Positions 25,301 through 39,736 of a stretch of DNA of 64,000 nt are shown here, in pieces. Origin of the DNA: Nymphaea colorata (taxonomy: Eukaryota). The notes beneath the pieces are model-generated. The model worked only from the letters and a program-made list of their open reading frames with translations. It searched no databases and was not told the DNA's origin. The DNA is taken from assembly GCF_008831285.2 (NCBI RefSeq), contig NC_045138.2, forward strand, positions 34,534,001 to 34,598,000, written 5' to 3'. The first letter of the stretch is position 1, and each line of letters begins with the position of its first letter. The position numbers and the translations under genes were made by a program.

Positions 25301-27091
25301 GCATCTCTTAAAAAGGCTGAGGAAGCTGCACGTGAGACAAGGCAAACAAAGCAAGACCGTTATGCTGAAATGAGAAGGAGAAAGGATGAAGAACGTGAAG
25401 CTCAGGAACGTCTACTGGTGAGTGTATTGATTTTACAATGCTAAATTGCATTCATTATTGAATTTCAGCTCATCTTGCCCTATACTGCTTTTAGGAGGAG
25501 GAAGCTATGGCTCGCAAAGCGAAGGAGGAGGAAGCTGCTACTCTAGAGTTTGAGAAATGGAAGGGAGAATTTTCTGTTGATGCTGAAGGTAGTGGAGAGA
25601 ATGAAATGCCTGATGGAAGCCAAGGTCTACTTTTTGATTTTGTGGAATACATTAAGGTACTTGAAAGAAAAAATTCAACTGATTGTCAAATTGTGTATTA
25701 TGTAACAGTTGATTATTGGATATTTTTTGAAAATAATTATTGGATATTAAATTGCTGATTTTACCCCCTTAATGTGATGCTTCTTTTCTCCAAGGAACTG
25801 GTGAATACATGCCTCTTGGTATCGGCAAATTATATCATGTCCAAAGAACCCTGTGCATGGCAAACATGCACCTCTGTACCCCTTCCAGAGAAAAAGAAAA
25901 CCAAAAGGAAAAAGAAAAAAACAACATTGTGGATAATCATGCTTCCCATCGTGCACTATACATATGCCCATATGAAGTATCCTTGACTAATGCATAATGT
26001 AGCATGTGGTGAACCCTTGCATGTCTTTGCATTACACATGTTATAGGAGATAAGCAGCTGAAAAGGAGTTGGTTATTCTAATACAAGCAGCTCTGATAGT
26101 TTTTCAAATCTGCAGAAGCAGAAGTGTGTGCCTTTAGAAGATCTGGCTGCCGAGTTCAAGCTACGTACTCAGGTAAGTGAAGCATTTCTCCCTTAAGCTT
26201 TGCCACCTTCTTTAATTTGTAGTTGATAAAAATATGCTAATTTGAATAATGAATGGTGTTCACAATCACTTCTACCCGTCAGTTTGTTTGTGTATTTTAT
26301 GTGACAGTGTGATGGCTAAAGGAACTTGCAATATGTGACAGTGTGTGTAGTTCATTTTTTTTTCGTCAGTTTTTCAGTGTGATATGCTCCTTCCAAATTA
26401 AGATACCGGCAACAAAGTGAGTGAAACTTTGACTAGGAATTCCTAGTATGTTCTCATTGATGGGTTTGTTCATGTAAGTGTTGGGCGAGAATGAATTTCA
26501 TGTTTTGATGTGCATCACTACTTCTATGAAGCTACAGACCAAGAAGTTATTGAAGAGAATAGTGCCTTCTACATGCTTAAATAGTTTCACTTCGTCCAAC
26601 AGCCGTTCTTCTGACATCATTGGTCATGGCTCATCCCGTCATCCCTCTTTGGATTTCATTAGTATCATTTTTGCCACTCCAAAAATCAGCTTATAAGTTC
26701 AAACTATGTTCCAGTTTAAGTTTTTTTTTTTCTTTTCTTTTCCTTTCTCTGCAGGATTGTATCAACCGCATAAATTCCTTGGAGAAGATGGGTGAGTTCA
26801 CTCTTCTGTTGTTGTAATTGATGCTTTTCCAGATACCACCCATATATTGGGGCCTAATGTTCTGACGGGTATCGCTTCTGTATAGGGCGTTTATCTGGGG
26901 TTATGGATGATCGTGGCAAGTACATATACATCTCTTTAGAGGAGATGCAAGCAGTTGCAGATTACATCAAGCGGCAAGGCCGAGTTAGTATTTCTCATCT
27001 TGCCAGCAGATCTAACCAATTCATTGATTTGGAGCCAAAAGTTCAGCTTGATAGCGAACTTGGTGCTGCCGATGCAGTTCTTGTTGCATGA
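22346..27091 (+). CDS. DDRGK1: DDRGK domain-containing protein 1 (UFBP1, ER UFMylation adaptor), ~291 aa; exons 22346-22453, 23455-23551, 25004-25110, 25316-25417, 25495-25656, 26116-26172, 26755-26791, 26886-27091
   Basis: N-terminal TM segment, E/K/R-rich coiled coil, [43 protein letters not shown] and [13 protein letters not shown]. All introns are GT-AG and the frame is conserved (876 nt). Confidence 0.95.
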
Positions 27092-28029
27092 TAATGTAAA
27101 ACCTTTTTGTAGAAAATGTCTATTTCGTCAAGGAACACATATAGATGGAAGTATGACAATAATTCACGTTGGGTATTGACTTTTTTTTCCTCTCCATTTC
27201 ATCCCGACATCTGCTGCTAACCAGAGAATGTGTCGTTGAATAGATGAATTTGTTGATTGAGAATGGTTGGATTCAATTATGACCAAATGCCGGTATCAGT
27301 TCAAGTAAGGTCGTAAATTCCTGTTTCAGTTGATATGCTTCGTGATAAATGAAGGCTGGCAGCATGAGGATACTTTCTGTGTGGGGTGTGTGCATACAAG
27401 TTCGAGTATCAGTTGATATGCTTCTGTGGCAACCCAAGAAAACTGGCAGCATAAGAATGCTCTTATTCATGTGTTAGTGTTTCGGCATGTTTGGTATGCA
27501 TATCCCTATTAAATAAACGTCCAACATTTTAACTGAGATAAGGGAACATCAGAAGGGGTCTTTGGCAGCATTAACGAAACGTCGTAGATATTACAGAAAA
27601 TGTAACTTCATTTCGAAATGATGATACGTTTTATTAATATACAACAAGCCCTGCCAAAATTTTGGCAACCGAACTGGTATAACAAACATAAGATGTACAG
27701 AACAGCTCTGGGAACGCCGATCCGTAGAAAACCAAATGCCTCGGTCATGCATAAGCTTCAGTCCGTCTTGCTTTATTCAAAGGATTATCCACGGGAAGGA
27801 CCAACCGAACATAAGCTTCTTCGTCTCAATAAATCATGAAACTTAGCCAATATAAATTATTTCGCCAGCTTGGCAGCTGTGGTTCTCACCCTTTTTTTTA
27901 ATGTTTGGTTTTTTCCCTCCCTTTTTTTGAAGTATGCTCTCGATGTCAAGATTTGTCGTAAGGTAATTGTGGTTTTTAGCCAAGCAAAACAAGATGATTA
28001 TTCTGCTGAGATCCAGTCTGTCGGAATAT

Positions 28030-31000
28030 TTATGCCGGGGCAGAATTACTCTTCTTAGCCTGAAAGAGCAAAAACCTCAAGCTATAAGCTCCATAATTAG
28101 TAAACGGATGGGAACAACAGAGTTGGTTCACTGACCTTCCTTAGGTATGACTTGTGCAGCTTCATAGCGGTGCTGCATGCTTTTCTTGCATCCAAGTTTC
28201 CAGTAAGATCATTCAAAATCTGATTTCAACATAAAAAGGACAATAATCTGTGTGAGAACAAGAGAAACAAACTTCATAGAATTTAAAGAGTTCATCATAT
28301 CCTAACGTTCAGTAATGAAGAAGGTACAACATCATTGTCTAAGCCAAAACGATCAATAACCTCAACATACAGTAAATGACTAAACATGGTACGACCACAT
28401 GCTGAACAAGTACCTTTACAACATCATCCAGGCCACGTGCCTCCTGCAAAAGCTTTGCACTATTGCCCTTGAGAATACTTGCAACAAGGAAGACAGAGAT
28501 GGGGGTAGGCTCCAGGTCCTTCATTCCATTTCTCATATTTTCTCTTTCAAACTTTCCGAACTGCCTTCTTGACTTCATTTTTGCTTTAGCCTCTTCACTT
28601 TTTTCATCAGTCAACCCAGGCTCTTCGTACATGGAGAACATATTAGGATCATACTCCAAAGCCCACATCATCTATAACAACATTGGAAGGTCAGTCGTAA
28701 AAGGTTCCAGGAAGGAAACTAAAATAGAAGGCAGAACTATGTGGCAATATAATGATGAATAGTTCATAGAAAGATTGTTGAATAGGCATGCACATGAACA
28801 ATTTAGTACAAAATTCAAAACCGAGACATGTACGCACAATGAAAATTGCCTCCGCTGGAAAATTTTCAGATGCTTAGACACATGTATAGATGTGAGTATC
28901 AACAGAGCTTCATCAGGAGTCTTCAGACCCAGGCACAGTGCAGACTGTGGACACATACCAAACTTATTTCACCCAAGTACTGGTGCAATAATGGTATACA
29001 ACATAGGTACAAAGGTGCAAACATGAAAATTTCTGAATCAACAGATGTGAAGGTGCTACAGCACGTGAACGAGTTCACAACTATTTAATGAATTTTCTAC
29101 ACATGATGCCATGCATAATGTGTTACTATGCAAATCTAAAAGATGTAATGATACATAGATAATTGTTAATATAAACAAACCTGCGCAAGATGTGTTAGTA
29201 AATAATTTTTAATATCAATGAACCTGCCCAAGATGCTGAGGATATGGATAAACATGCAGATGTATTTCCTATCCAGATCATTGACAACTTGTTGACTGCA
29301 AAGTCATATGGACAAGAATATAAACAGTCATATCGAAAGTGTTAACTTGTATCTAAGAAATTAATAATAGATTAACCACTCTGTCCTTTGTGAGTACATT
29401 GACAAAGGACACATCTCACAATCATTCAAAGATGCAAAAAGTTATAATAATAAGAATATACGATGCCTCTAGCAGAAGCTTAATATGTGCAGTTCCAAAG
29501 TTCTGTCAGGTAACTGATTACCTCCCAAAGAAACAATGAGTCCCCAAATGAAAACTCTCTTCGAAATAGTACCATCAGCATGCGGAATGCAAATAGGTAG
29601 TCTCCACCACCAAGTGTTTCTGCAGTCAGCCAGTTGTCATATGTCATACGATGCAAGTGCTTCAATGACTATATCTATATTCAAGACTTTTGTAAATATC
29701 ACTGATATCTATCACGCAATTTGGTAATCATATTTCCAGAAAAAGCCTACTTTTCTGAAAATTTGGGAATATGAGTATCAAGCTTTTTCTTGTACAGGAT
29801 ATAGAAAATCAAACAGTAGAAGTTAAAGAAAAATGAGATATATGTTCGGGAAAAAACAACAAAAAATCATTAGCTTCATAGACATCGATAATCCAATAAC
29901 CCAATAGAATTTTCACCATTGAATGCCTTGTACACAAACAATATGCAGTGTATATTTTCTGCAACAGACTGAAATTATGTATTTAACTAAATGATTTATG
30001 TCTGAATGGCACAATGTGGTAATTCAGAGTTTGCATTCTTCTATGTTGATGTATGCATAATTATTTGAATAACTCAACATAAGCAAACAACAGAGACAAA
30101 AGTCAGAGAGAATAGGAAAACGAATTAATGTACCTAAATGCTGATGGAGCTTTGGATCAACAACTTGAGTTATTGATGCAAGACTATGAAGCTGTTGCTC
30201 CACTCCCACTGAACTTTCCGTGCATCTGAAGTTTCGTCTCTTCAAATTTGGCAGAAACAAGTATGCACCGTAAGTACTTTCAGACGAGAGGGAGGTGGTG
30301 GAAGAGAAAGAAAGAGAGAGAGACAGAATCAAATTAATTTCATGTAGTTAGAAAGGATCCACCAAGTGGTTGTGAAGTAGTAGCAAACAAGTGTTCACAT
30401 CATTTACCTAGATGGGTAAAGGGGAACCAGATGAACTGAACAGGGATTTGGTATCATAAATAAGCAAGATTAGATTTCTTCATGCCACTAATAATTCATA
30501 TGTAATCCATCGGATCAGCAGAATCATAACTTTAACAAACTACACAGTCCTTTGTGCTTGGGGGAGAGAATATTTCTATCTTCACAGCTGTTCCAACTTC
30601 CAAGGTATCATTCATTTCCAGACATCCATAGAACAAGCTTTTAACCATTATATATACACTACATATGTAAATGAAACTAGTACAACATGTCCTATCAAAT
30701 AGAAACTTCATTAACGGAACTAAATAAAACTTTTATTCAACAGTGCCCGTAAGAATGTTAAGATACTAAAAACAATTAACTGCACTTTTATTTGACGGCA
30801 AAACTTGTTTCATGAATATCTTTTGCCAGGGAAAATTTCTTAAGAGTAAATTTCTTTTTAAAATAGTTTCAGAAAATAGAAAATGCATTGATACATTAGC
30901 ACAACATCAACAACTACACCTGAGTTGTGCAAATATTGAGGCAGAACATACTAGGGTACTATGAAACTGCATAGAATATAGTCATAATTCATTACTCAGC

Positions 31001-34000
31001 AGAGACTAATATTGGCAAATGAATATTAGGTGACTATAGTAAATGTAGACTACAGCTTTTTCTTTCCATATGCAAAGGAGATCCTTCAGAGTACCATAAA
31101 GAGTCCCTCCATGTTCCACACAAATCCTAGATGAGAAATGATGAACTTTAGGCTTAATATTTAACTTTAATTTTGCAAAGAGTCTGTAATAAGAAGATAT
31201 GTCACGTGGGTGCATGACTGTTATAGAGTCAGGTGGACATCGATTAATAGCTATTTATACTTTACTTGAGGGCTTTGATTTTGTCCTTCATATTTATTTG
31301 CTGAGATGTCCAGACATTTAGCTATTTATAGGTCGTTTCTCACAAATCCAACTACAAGGATGGTTGTGGAATGTCTAAAACATTGTTAAACGCAATCGTG
31401 AAAATTTGATGTATGAATCAGATTTTATGGACTCAGGTGAGGCTGCACTGTAAAAAGTAGGCCTCATATAGAATATTGTGCACTCTTTTATTTGATTATG
31501 AGATTCTCGACTTATAGTAAGAAGTGCCATAATTGAGAATCATTTGTCCCAACCATAGTTAGCAAGATATGAAATGGATACAAGGCATGGGAAAATGAGA
31601 CTCAAAAATTGATAAGAAGCAGGAAGGATATCGACGTAAAATGATTATATAAGTAAAAGGGAAAATAAGTGAAAGTAGTAGCATAAAAAAATTGAATAAA
31701 TCAACCGAACAAGAAAATGAGGAAAAGGAAAGATAAAAGTTCATGAAAACTAATTATTTACCTATAAAAGCATGATATTATATGTATTATTGCAAAAAAC
31801 ATTGTGAAAGTGTAAAACCTCAAAAACAATGAGGAAAAGAACGAATTATCTATGAACCAAAAATAAAAGATATTTGACAACCGAGTTCTCCATTCTAAAA
31901 AAATTGAGTTTCCATAAGTGAGAAATGAGTTTCTGCCTGTTTGAGGGAAATATCTTAAAATCTAAAAACATATTTCTGGGGAAGCAAGATTTTGCTTTAG
32001 GTAGAAATTTTTAACTAGGACTTCAGCCACTATGCACTTGACACATTGCAAAGCTTCTATGGACAACCAAAATATTTTTGTGCCATAAGGACAACTACTG
32101 GATGTGTTGCAGAAGTTCAATAGAGTACCAGTCTGCACATTAGACGCTCAAAGCACCAGAATGCATCAGCCTCATCCTCAAGGAGAACTATCATTGGAGA
32201 ACAAAGATCGCTCATCCCTGCATGCAATGGTGCATAAAATTCTGTCAGTAAAAATGTCAACCAATTCCAAGTTCCAAGTAAGCCTTTTATCATTATTAAG
32301 ATGAAAAAGGAAGCCAAACTTTTTCAAGGGTCGATAAAGTGAGGAACATGACACACTGAACTAAAATAAATCAGAAATATGTTACATATTTACCTTGGCA
32401 ATAACCGACGTCCTTATCTATCCATGCATAAACAGCCAAAATATCCCATAGCTTTGACAAATTTTCTTGTTTCTCATAGAAAACTAATGTTCTATCAGTA
32501 CGAACAACATCCAGACCTGCCAAAAGATCAATGTGAAAATTTAACCCAAAAGAAAAATTAAACAGATAATGTTGAACAATCAAGTAAATCCCTCACTAAC
32601 TCAGTCACCATTTCGAAGACTATGATAGTGTTATGCTGTTTAAATATGCCATTTTCAATTGGGAGAGCTATGCAAGCTCCTGATGACCATAAAGCTTAAA
32701 ATACAAACTGTGTTCATGATTCTTTGTCAATTGTCAACATGACATGTAAGTTTTCAGGTAGTAAGATTATGATAATGACAATAACCTTTCCAACTATTTT
32801 TTTTTCAGACAAACTACAGAGAAAGCATCTGCCAAAAATGGTTAAAGGACACTCTGATAAGGTTTCAAGATCCCCACAGGGCCACAGGCTACATAGTTGA
32901 GTCGCCTGTCATCTAAGAGCAAAAGATCCCATTCTTGATAATCTTGTTCCCCAAATATACAGCCAAAGATAGTAACGTGACAAACATAGAACAACCGGAA
33001 AATAGAAAGACACAGTGACAAAAATCAATTAGGACTATGTCGCTAATGATGGAAATGCACCAACAATGTTTTGAAAGACACAGCCAGACGTAAACACATG
33101 AAACTCATTGATTTGAAAAGCACATGCTATTGCAAAGTAAAGTTTCGAAAATGCCTTAGCCAAGATGCCAGATGATTATTAGACACTGGGAGAAGAAATG
33201 AGATGCATAAATAAATGACCTGATCCCTGCTTGTTAATGTGTCTTACAAGCTAAAATGATATGGCTATTGTAAAAGCATAAACAATGACTATCTGGCAAA
33301 CACGGTTCCAAAGGTCAAAGAGCTTAGGTTCAAATTTTACCTGCACATGCTGCTATTGTGATTATATCATCAAATAAACATAAATATTAACCAGACAAAA
33401 AACATAACACACATAAGGTAAAGGGGGAAATGAAAAAGATCTACCTATCTGGTGCAGGTTAAGCTTCCATTGAATTTCTTTCTTGTCCATTGGAGCAGAC
33501 TCCATTTTATCCAACCCAGAAGCACCAGAATTCGAACTCAAGTCATCGTGTACTGCACTCTCTTTTTCTTCTTGATTATCATCATTCTCCCCTTGAACAT
33601 CACCTCTATCATGTTGGACCGTGGATAAATCTTTGTCTGGGTTAGCTTCCAAAAGTACTATGGGATCCTGAATAGGCACACCATCTTCTGTAATTATAGG
33701 TGCAGTAATAATTCTTCCACTACCAATCACAGCATTCATTTTTCGGCATTCTTCTTTCCATATAGCATATTGTTCCCTAAAAACAAGACACAAAACTCAT
33801 AATTAATATATGAATTTTCTCACAGTAGGAGATTTAAATGGCAAATTCAAAAGGAACCCTGAAAGTATAGAAGGTAAATTATAGAATGAAAAAATGATGC
33901 AAATCTGGTCTCATAAAATCTGACACTTCAGTGTTCCTGCATAAAACAGTATACTCTTACAAGTTCAGAAACCATAGCTGATCATCTTTTACAAAGACAA

Positions 34001-36304
34001 AAGCCTGTAATACATAAATCCGAAAGAAAGTAAAAGATACTAAAAATTCATAGTATATCATGAAACATATTTTTTTCCACTTTCACAAAAAATTTATAAG
34101 AAAACTTAAGAAGAGGTCTTTTATTAATCCTGACATTTTGCATTAGCAAAGATAGATTATCAGAAAAGTGATGATGTTTAAAACGATAAAACAACTGATA
34201 AGAACTGGGAGAAAAGGAAAGAAACAACTAAGTTGGCCCATGTAATGTAAAGGTCAATGACTTCAAAAAGAACAATGATTATAACCATAAATCTCATCTC
34301 AGATGATATTGAATTCTGTTCATGAAACTTGAACATTGCTTGCTCAGAGTGGCAGAAGGAAAGGAGTTACAGGAACAAAGATTCAAGTAGTAGATCAAGC
34401 AAATACAGACACATAAAGAAGAGTGTGATCTGTGTGTAGACTGCACCACAGTGAAAGATTTGATAGATTGGGAAAAATAAATCGACGATTGTTCATTCTG
34501 CTGTATTTTGTATATGCTAGTCATGTTATTTTCCTAAAGCTTACTGAAGGGAAAAGAAAGAAAATTTCTAGCAATGAACTCTTGCTAATCTCTAGGTAGT
34601 CAAACCTTCAGGACAAAAGAATTGAACTGTGGAGAACATTTGATTTCCTGTTCCTGGAATGGCAGAAACATGATGGGAACAATGAACGCAGCCCCAAGAG
34701 GGGCTGTGCTTGCATCAAACAGAACGGATGCTTCACAAATTACATGGAGTATCTGTTCTATGGCATTCCAAATGCAGAGCACCCTTTCTTGGCATTCTGA
34801 TGGTAACCTCAGAATGCCAAAATGACATTCCACAGGAAGCATTCTACATGTCTCATGTTTGCAACGCTTCACTTAAAGAAATATCCTCTAAACTTCTTCA
34901 AGAGATTACTGTAGACAAGAAACATAGGGAAAATACAAATTAGCTACAAAAAACTAGAGTACCTCCTGCGCTGCCTTATCTGATTTCTCTCCTCATATGT
35001 GCTATTTGGATCAAAACAACCAAGAAGAAATTCCCAAACTTCTCCTCTGATAGATGGATGGACTCCCTAAACAGAAAAATGAGAGAATGCATAAATTCAC
35101 TAAATAAGGAACAAGAAACAAACAAAAAAAACTAAAACTCATTAAAATGAAATGTTTGTCCTTTAAAGATATCTTAAAATAAGATGTAATGTAGTCAAAA
35201 GGTAAAAGTATCCATGATCAATGGAGTATAGTAAAACAGCAACTTACATTGAAGGTAACTTAATCTCACCGAATAAGGGTTAGTATCATAGAACCAGAAA
35301 CTATATGCATGAGACCAAGAACTAGGAACTACATTACGTTTCTCCTTTCATCTCCAGTTCAATTTCGGTTGGTCTAAACTCTAACACTCCGTTGATGAAT
35401 AATGAAGCTGCTAGAAAACATGCTTCAGGCCTCCCATAACAATTTGTCAATTCTCAGGCAAATATCATCCGTATACCTTTCGTACACATAATTTCCCTCC
35501 CTTGTGTTGGAATAGTGAAATTAGCCTTTTAGCTAGTCATAGCTTGGCGATGGGAAACACAACAGAATTCACATATCTGTCCATGTTTGTTCAGGAAATA
35601 GTCTTAGTCCATTTCGTTGAAGCATCTGTACAAGATGAACGGATGCATATGCAGATTATCAGCAAAGAAATAGCCTAAGAAAAAAGCGTGCACTTCCAAA
35701 TGAATTGAGACTTGTGATCCCTTAGTTATGCACGTATTTCTTTCCAAGTTTGTGCCGAACCAGACCATATTCTTTCTAAGCATGACGGACAGGAAAGAGA
35801 TGCAGTTTGATGTATACCCATCGATGAATTCGTCCAAGTGTATCACCAATCCGGACACAGCCTTCTTCTGTAAAAGCTGCACGCCATGCTCGTTCGCTGA
35901 GAGTTCTTTTCCTGGTCTGGAAGTACAAGAAGAATACATCAAATTTTCGTCAATGAATCGTTCTGATGTGTGTGCACGTTCAAGAAAACCGAAAAAGGTA
36001 TTGTCGAACCCACACCATCTCGATTGCTAAGAAAGAGCAGCAAAGGTAATTGAACCAGTCGCATTATCAGTAGAAATTATCAAAGCTTATAAGAAGGAAT
36101 TAAGAAAGAAAAGCATAAGCCGATTGATCGGAACCGATCGCCCCAACACATATTCGATGCAAAAGCCAACGAATCGAGATTTTTTTTTTTTTTTTTTTAA
36201 AAAAAGGATAGTTCTCTTACCTTGATCCTGAACTGAGTTTTGGGTACTTCGCACCCAGACCGGACTTCATAATACGAATCTGCATCCTCGCTGCTCTTCC
36301 ACAT
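28030..36304 (-). CDS. TBC-domain Rab GTPase-activating protein (Gyp7/TBC1D15-like), ~468 aa; exons 36304-36221, 35916-35818, 35066-34963, 33776-33445, 32516-32394, 32217-32129, 30239-30134, 29619-29522, 28671-28414, 28219-28136, 28059-28030
   Basis: GVHPSIRGEVWEFLLG, Arg finger QIGLDVVRTDR, Gln finger GYCQGMSD, EADAFWCF and DYLFAFRMLMVLFRREFSF. Eleven exons with GT-AG introns give 1407 nt in frame. Confidence 0.93.
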
Positions 36305-36832
36305 TCCGACGACTCCAAGAATCTAAGCTTTTTTATTGAATTAGGAGGGGAAAGAAAAAAATGGACCAAAAAAAAAATATAAAAGAGCAATACAAGATTG
36401 TGGGGTCGAAGGATGAATTGGAGCTCAAAAAATGTCGAAAGAAAAATGGAAGGTAAAAAAGAATTGGAGTGGTTCTTCGCTAGCAGTCACGAGCTGAATC
36501 CCTTTGGAGAAACAAGTGGAAGGCAGGTGGTTGGGAGGGATCCAGATCGAGAGCTAGCGAGAAGGGAGAGGGAGATGAGGGCGGAAGAAAGACGGGGTCA
36601 GAAGATGGCTTTGATTAGAATAGTTAATGGGATGGATCAATCTGTTTAATCAGGTGAGGAGGGAGTGGGGGTGGAGCGCGCGGCGCCTCCCGCTAAATCC
36701 TCCCGCTCTCATACGACAGGGAGGGCAGCCGTTACTCCCTCTCTCATCCACCTCATTCTTTCCCTTTCCACCTACGTTCCCCTCCAAATTTTGCAATGCG
36801 TGCCATTCCGTGTGAAAGAGGCCGGCGTTTGA

Positions 36833-36948
36833 CTGGCCCTGCTCGGCACAGGACCGGACCCTCATTTTTTTTTCCTTCTCCAGCTTCTTCTTCTTCTTCT
36901 GGCCCTGCTCCGCACAGGACCGGACCCTCATTTTTTTTTCTTCTCCAG

Positions 36949-36978
<30 letters not shown>
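36833..36978. repeat. ~67-bp tandem duplication ending in (CTT)n
   Basis: CTGGCCCTGCTC(G/C)GCACAGGACCGGACCCTCA-T(n)-CTTCTCCAG(CTT)n occurs twice, upstream of the TBC gene. Confidence 0.85.
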
Positions 36979-36979
<1 letters not shown>

Positions 36980-39736
36980 ATGTGAAAAAGTACACAGGCG
37001 AAGACTTTGAGTGTGAATTTTAGACTTGTGACTCCTGTGATAATTAAACCACTCATTACCCATTGGGCAAGCAAAAAATATGGGTACCAATATTTAAATG
37101 GGAGAAGTGAAGGAGAATGAACTAGGGGCATCTCGTTGGTTGGTTGGACAAGCCATTTTAGATTTGATTGATAATAGGGCAGTCCAACACCTACACGATT
37201 TCCGTTCCAGATGCGCGGCGATCTAGGAAGGTAGAGAGAAGCGTGGCGTTTACGTAGTTTCCTTGATGAGAGAGGGTTTTTGTGTAAGGCGGAGGCCCCC
37301 ACCCCGCGCATGGAAAATTCCGCGGACATGTAACCAAAAAATGTCGGAGGCCTGCAAGAACTTGTTTTTGAAACTGTCTTTCGCCCTTTACGGTTACGCG
37401 AATAACAACAACGCCACCGCTGGCGAGGGTGGGGCTATTGCTGGGCTTGGGACGATGTCCGTCCCTTTAATTCCCCACCCAAGTCAAAACCCGATGATCA
37501 ATTTATTGATCTCAACCGAACGCCAACGTTTACCAGAGAACAGGTCAATTGGTCGGCGTTATGAGATGGAGTTTCAGACTGCAAATCTAGTTGCAGTGCG
37601 CTTCACACGTAAAATTTGTAAGAGCGAATTGAAGGTTTAGTAACAGATGATTCACAGAAAGGATAAATCAATTGGTGATTCACACGTAAAGCTAGCTGAA
37701 GTGCAATACCAACAATTCTTTCTTCGAATATTTTCCCAAAAAAAAACACACACTGAGCTATTGCAGGCTTGAAAATCTTTTCTGTCGGTTCACTAAAATC
37801 ATGTGACCGTAACGTTCTTCGCTTTCCTCCCTTTTTCTTGAAATATTTCCGTATCCCATTGATATTTGGTGGGTCTGGACACTTTGATATTTGGTGGGTC
37901 TGGACACTTTTTTAGCAATACCATCTGAAGGTTAAAAAAAATTAGCTTCACAGGAGCATTTTTTCTCTCGCACGTAAATTTTCTCAATTCAGAATATTGT
38001 TGGCTCTTCACCAAAATAAATACTTCGCAAGTCAAAAGGCTACAGCAGGACAACCAACTCACTGAAAAAGCAAAAAAGAAGAGAGTAGTAACCTGAATTG
38101 CTAAGTTTCCCCACCCTCCACAAGGGAGTGTAGTTTGCTGCCGCATTCACCTGAAAAATTTTTCCCCGCACCGGCAATGGGACGAAACACATGCAGCCTA
38201 ATTGTAGTTGCTTTCTAGCCAAATGAGCCACAACGTTTTTCGGCACTTCCTGTCCTTCCATATTTGCTTCGGCAACGGACCAGAAACAAGTCACCTAACT
38301 TTGTGCCAGTCAATCCTCGAAGGACCTCTGGAAGTCAGCCACATGGCCAGGCTGCAATATGAATATTGTAGTAGTCATCAGATCTATTTTAGAACAGGAG
38401 ATGTCATTTCTTGCAGTCAAACAAATGAATCGAAAACTACATAAATACATATCATATCAATGACTAGACAAAGTTATCAGACCTATACTCAAGAACAACC
38501 CACCCAGTGTACGCCTAAAGGCCGAATAGAAACCCCCTTACAAGGCTACAACATGGAACTCCTCCACCTAAATACAGACTTTCATGAATCGTCATGGAGG
38601 AATGACTGATGGACGAGCAGGCAACCCCTGCGCAACATAAAAGACGATTACATCAAACCAAAATAGAGATGAGGTTGGCAGCACACAGCACCTCATCATT
38701 AATAATCAAATGAGGCATTAATAAAGAGTATCATGTATCATCCACCCTTCAGTAGCATGTCGACCCACACTCCTCTCGTCACGGTTGCATCAATTTATTG
38801 GAGAGGTATCTTGGTAGCATAGCTGATTTCAATATGGAATCAATGAGATCGTCCACCATGCTTCATTCGCTGTTTTTTCACCCTCATTAGTGCTGCCATT
38901 CCCATTGCCATCTCCACCACTGAATGTATATGAGTAAAACCATGAAAAAAAATAAAAAATGAGTAGCATACAGAACAAAAAATTAAAAAATATGAAAAAT
39001 AAAAGAATATACAAAAACTTTGGTACCATCAGCCATTTGATGCTTCCAAAACTATATGTACCATATCCATAATTTTGCTTCCAATACCTTCGCTCCTCCC
39101 TGGCCTTGATGTCCTGATCAGAAGTCACAGAGACTTACAGCAAAACATATAAGTAGACACTTAAAAAGAAAATTACATTGTAATGGAAAGAACAAACGCC
39201 AATGTTGGTAGGATGCGTGACGGCAAAATGATTGGTCAACAAGGAGATACATCGACCAAAATTAGCGGTTCCTTTTTTTACCATAAGAACCCCTGAGCCC
39301 TGGACGGCTGTTTGGCAGTAGGAACAATTACAAACTATTTTATAAATTTATTCATTTTACAGATAGATCCATGTAATAGAGAGAGAGCCACTCCTCTCTC
39401 TCTCTCTCTCTCTCTCTTAAACCCCAAACTTGGAGACGTTACAGGCATATATTTTAATTGCTTTCCCCCCTTCATGCGCACGGGCAGACGCGCCCACACA
39501 CCCGCACCTACTCAAACTCGCAGGCCCTCCCATTTCGGTTCTGGTCTGAGTTCGCATCTCCGCTCAAACCTAGTCCCAACAGACTGACAAGAGTTATACT
39601 CAGAGCACGACGTTCTGGGTGCTCATGAATGATCTTCTATGCCTCAAACTAAACTAGCCCTTGAAGACGCTAGCTACTTACCGAACTCAGACAGCCCCTA
39701 CCCCGCTTAAGGATCCAGAATTTTGGTCATGAGACC

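Noticed and set aside
27349..27370. TGAAGGCTGGCAGCATGA resembles miR167
   Set aside because: Indel and mismatches, no foldback; part of a local direct repeat.
34789..34820. Perfect 12-bp hairpin TTGGCATTCTGA/TCAGAATGCCAA in a RabGAP intron; the first 11 nt match miR394
   Set aside because: The stem is too short for a pre-miRNA and the match stops at 11 nt. The context looks like decayed MITE repeats.
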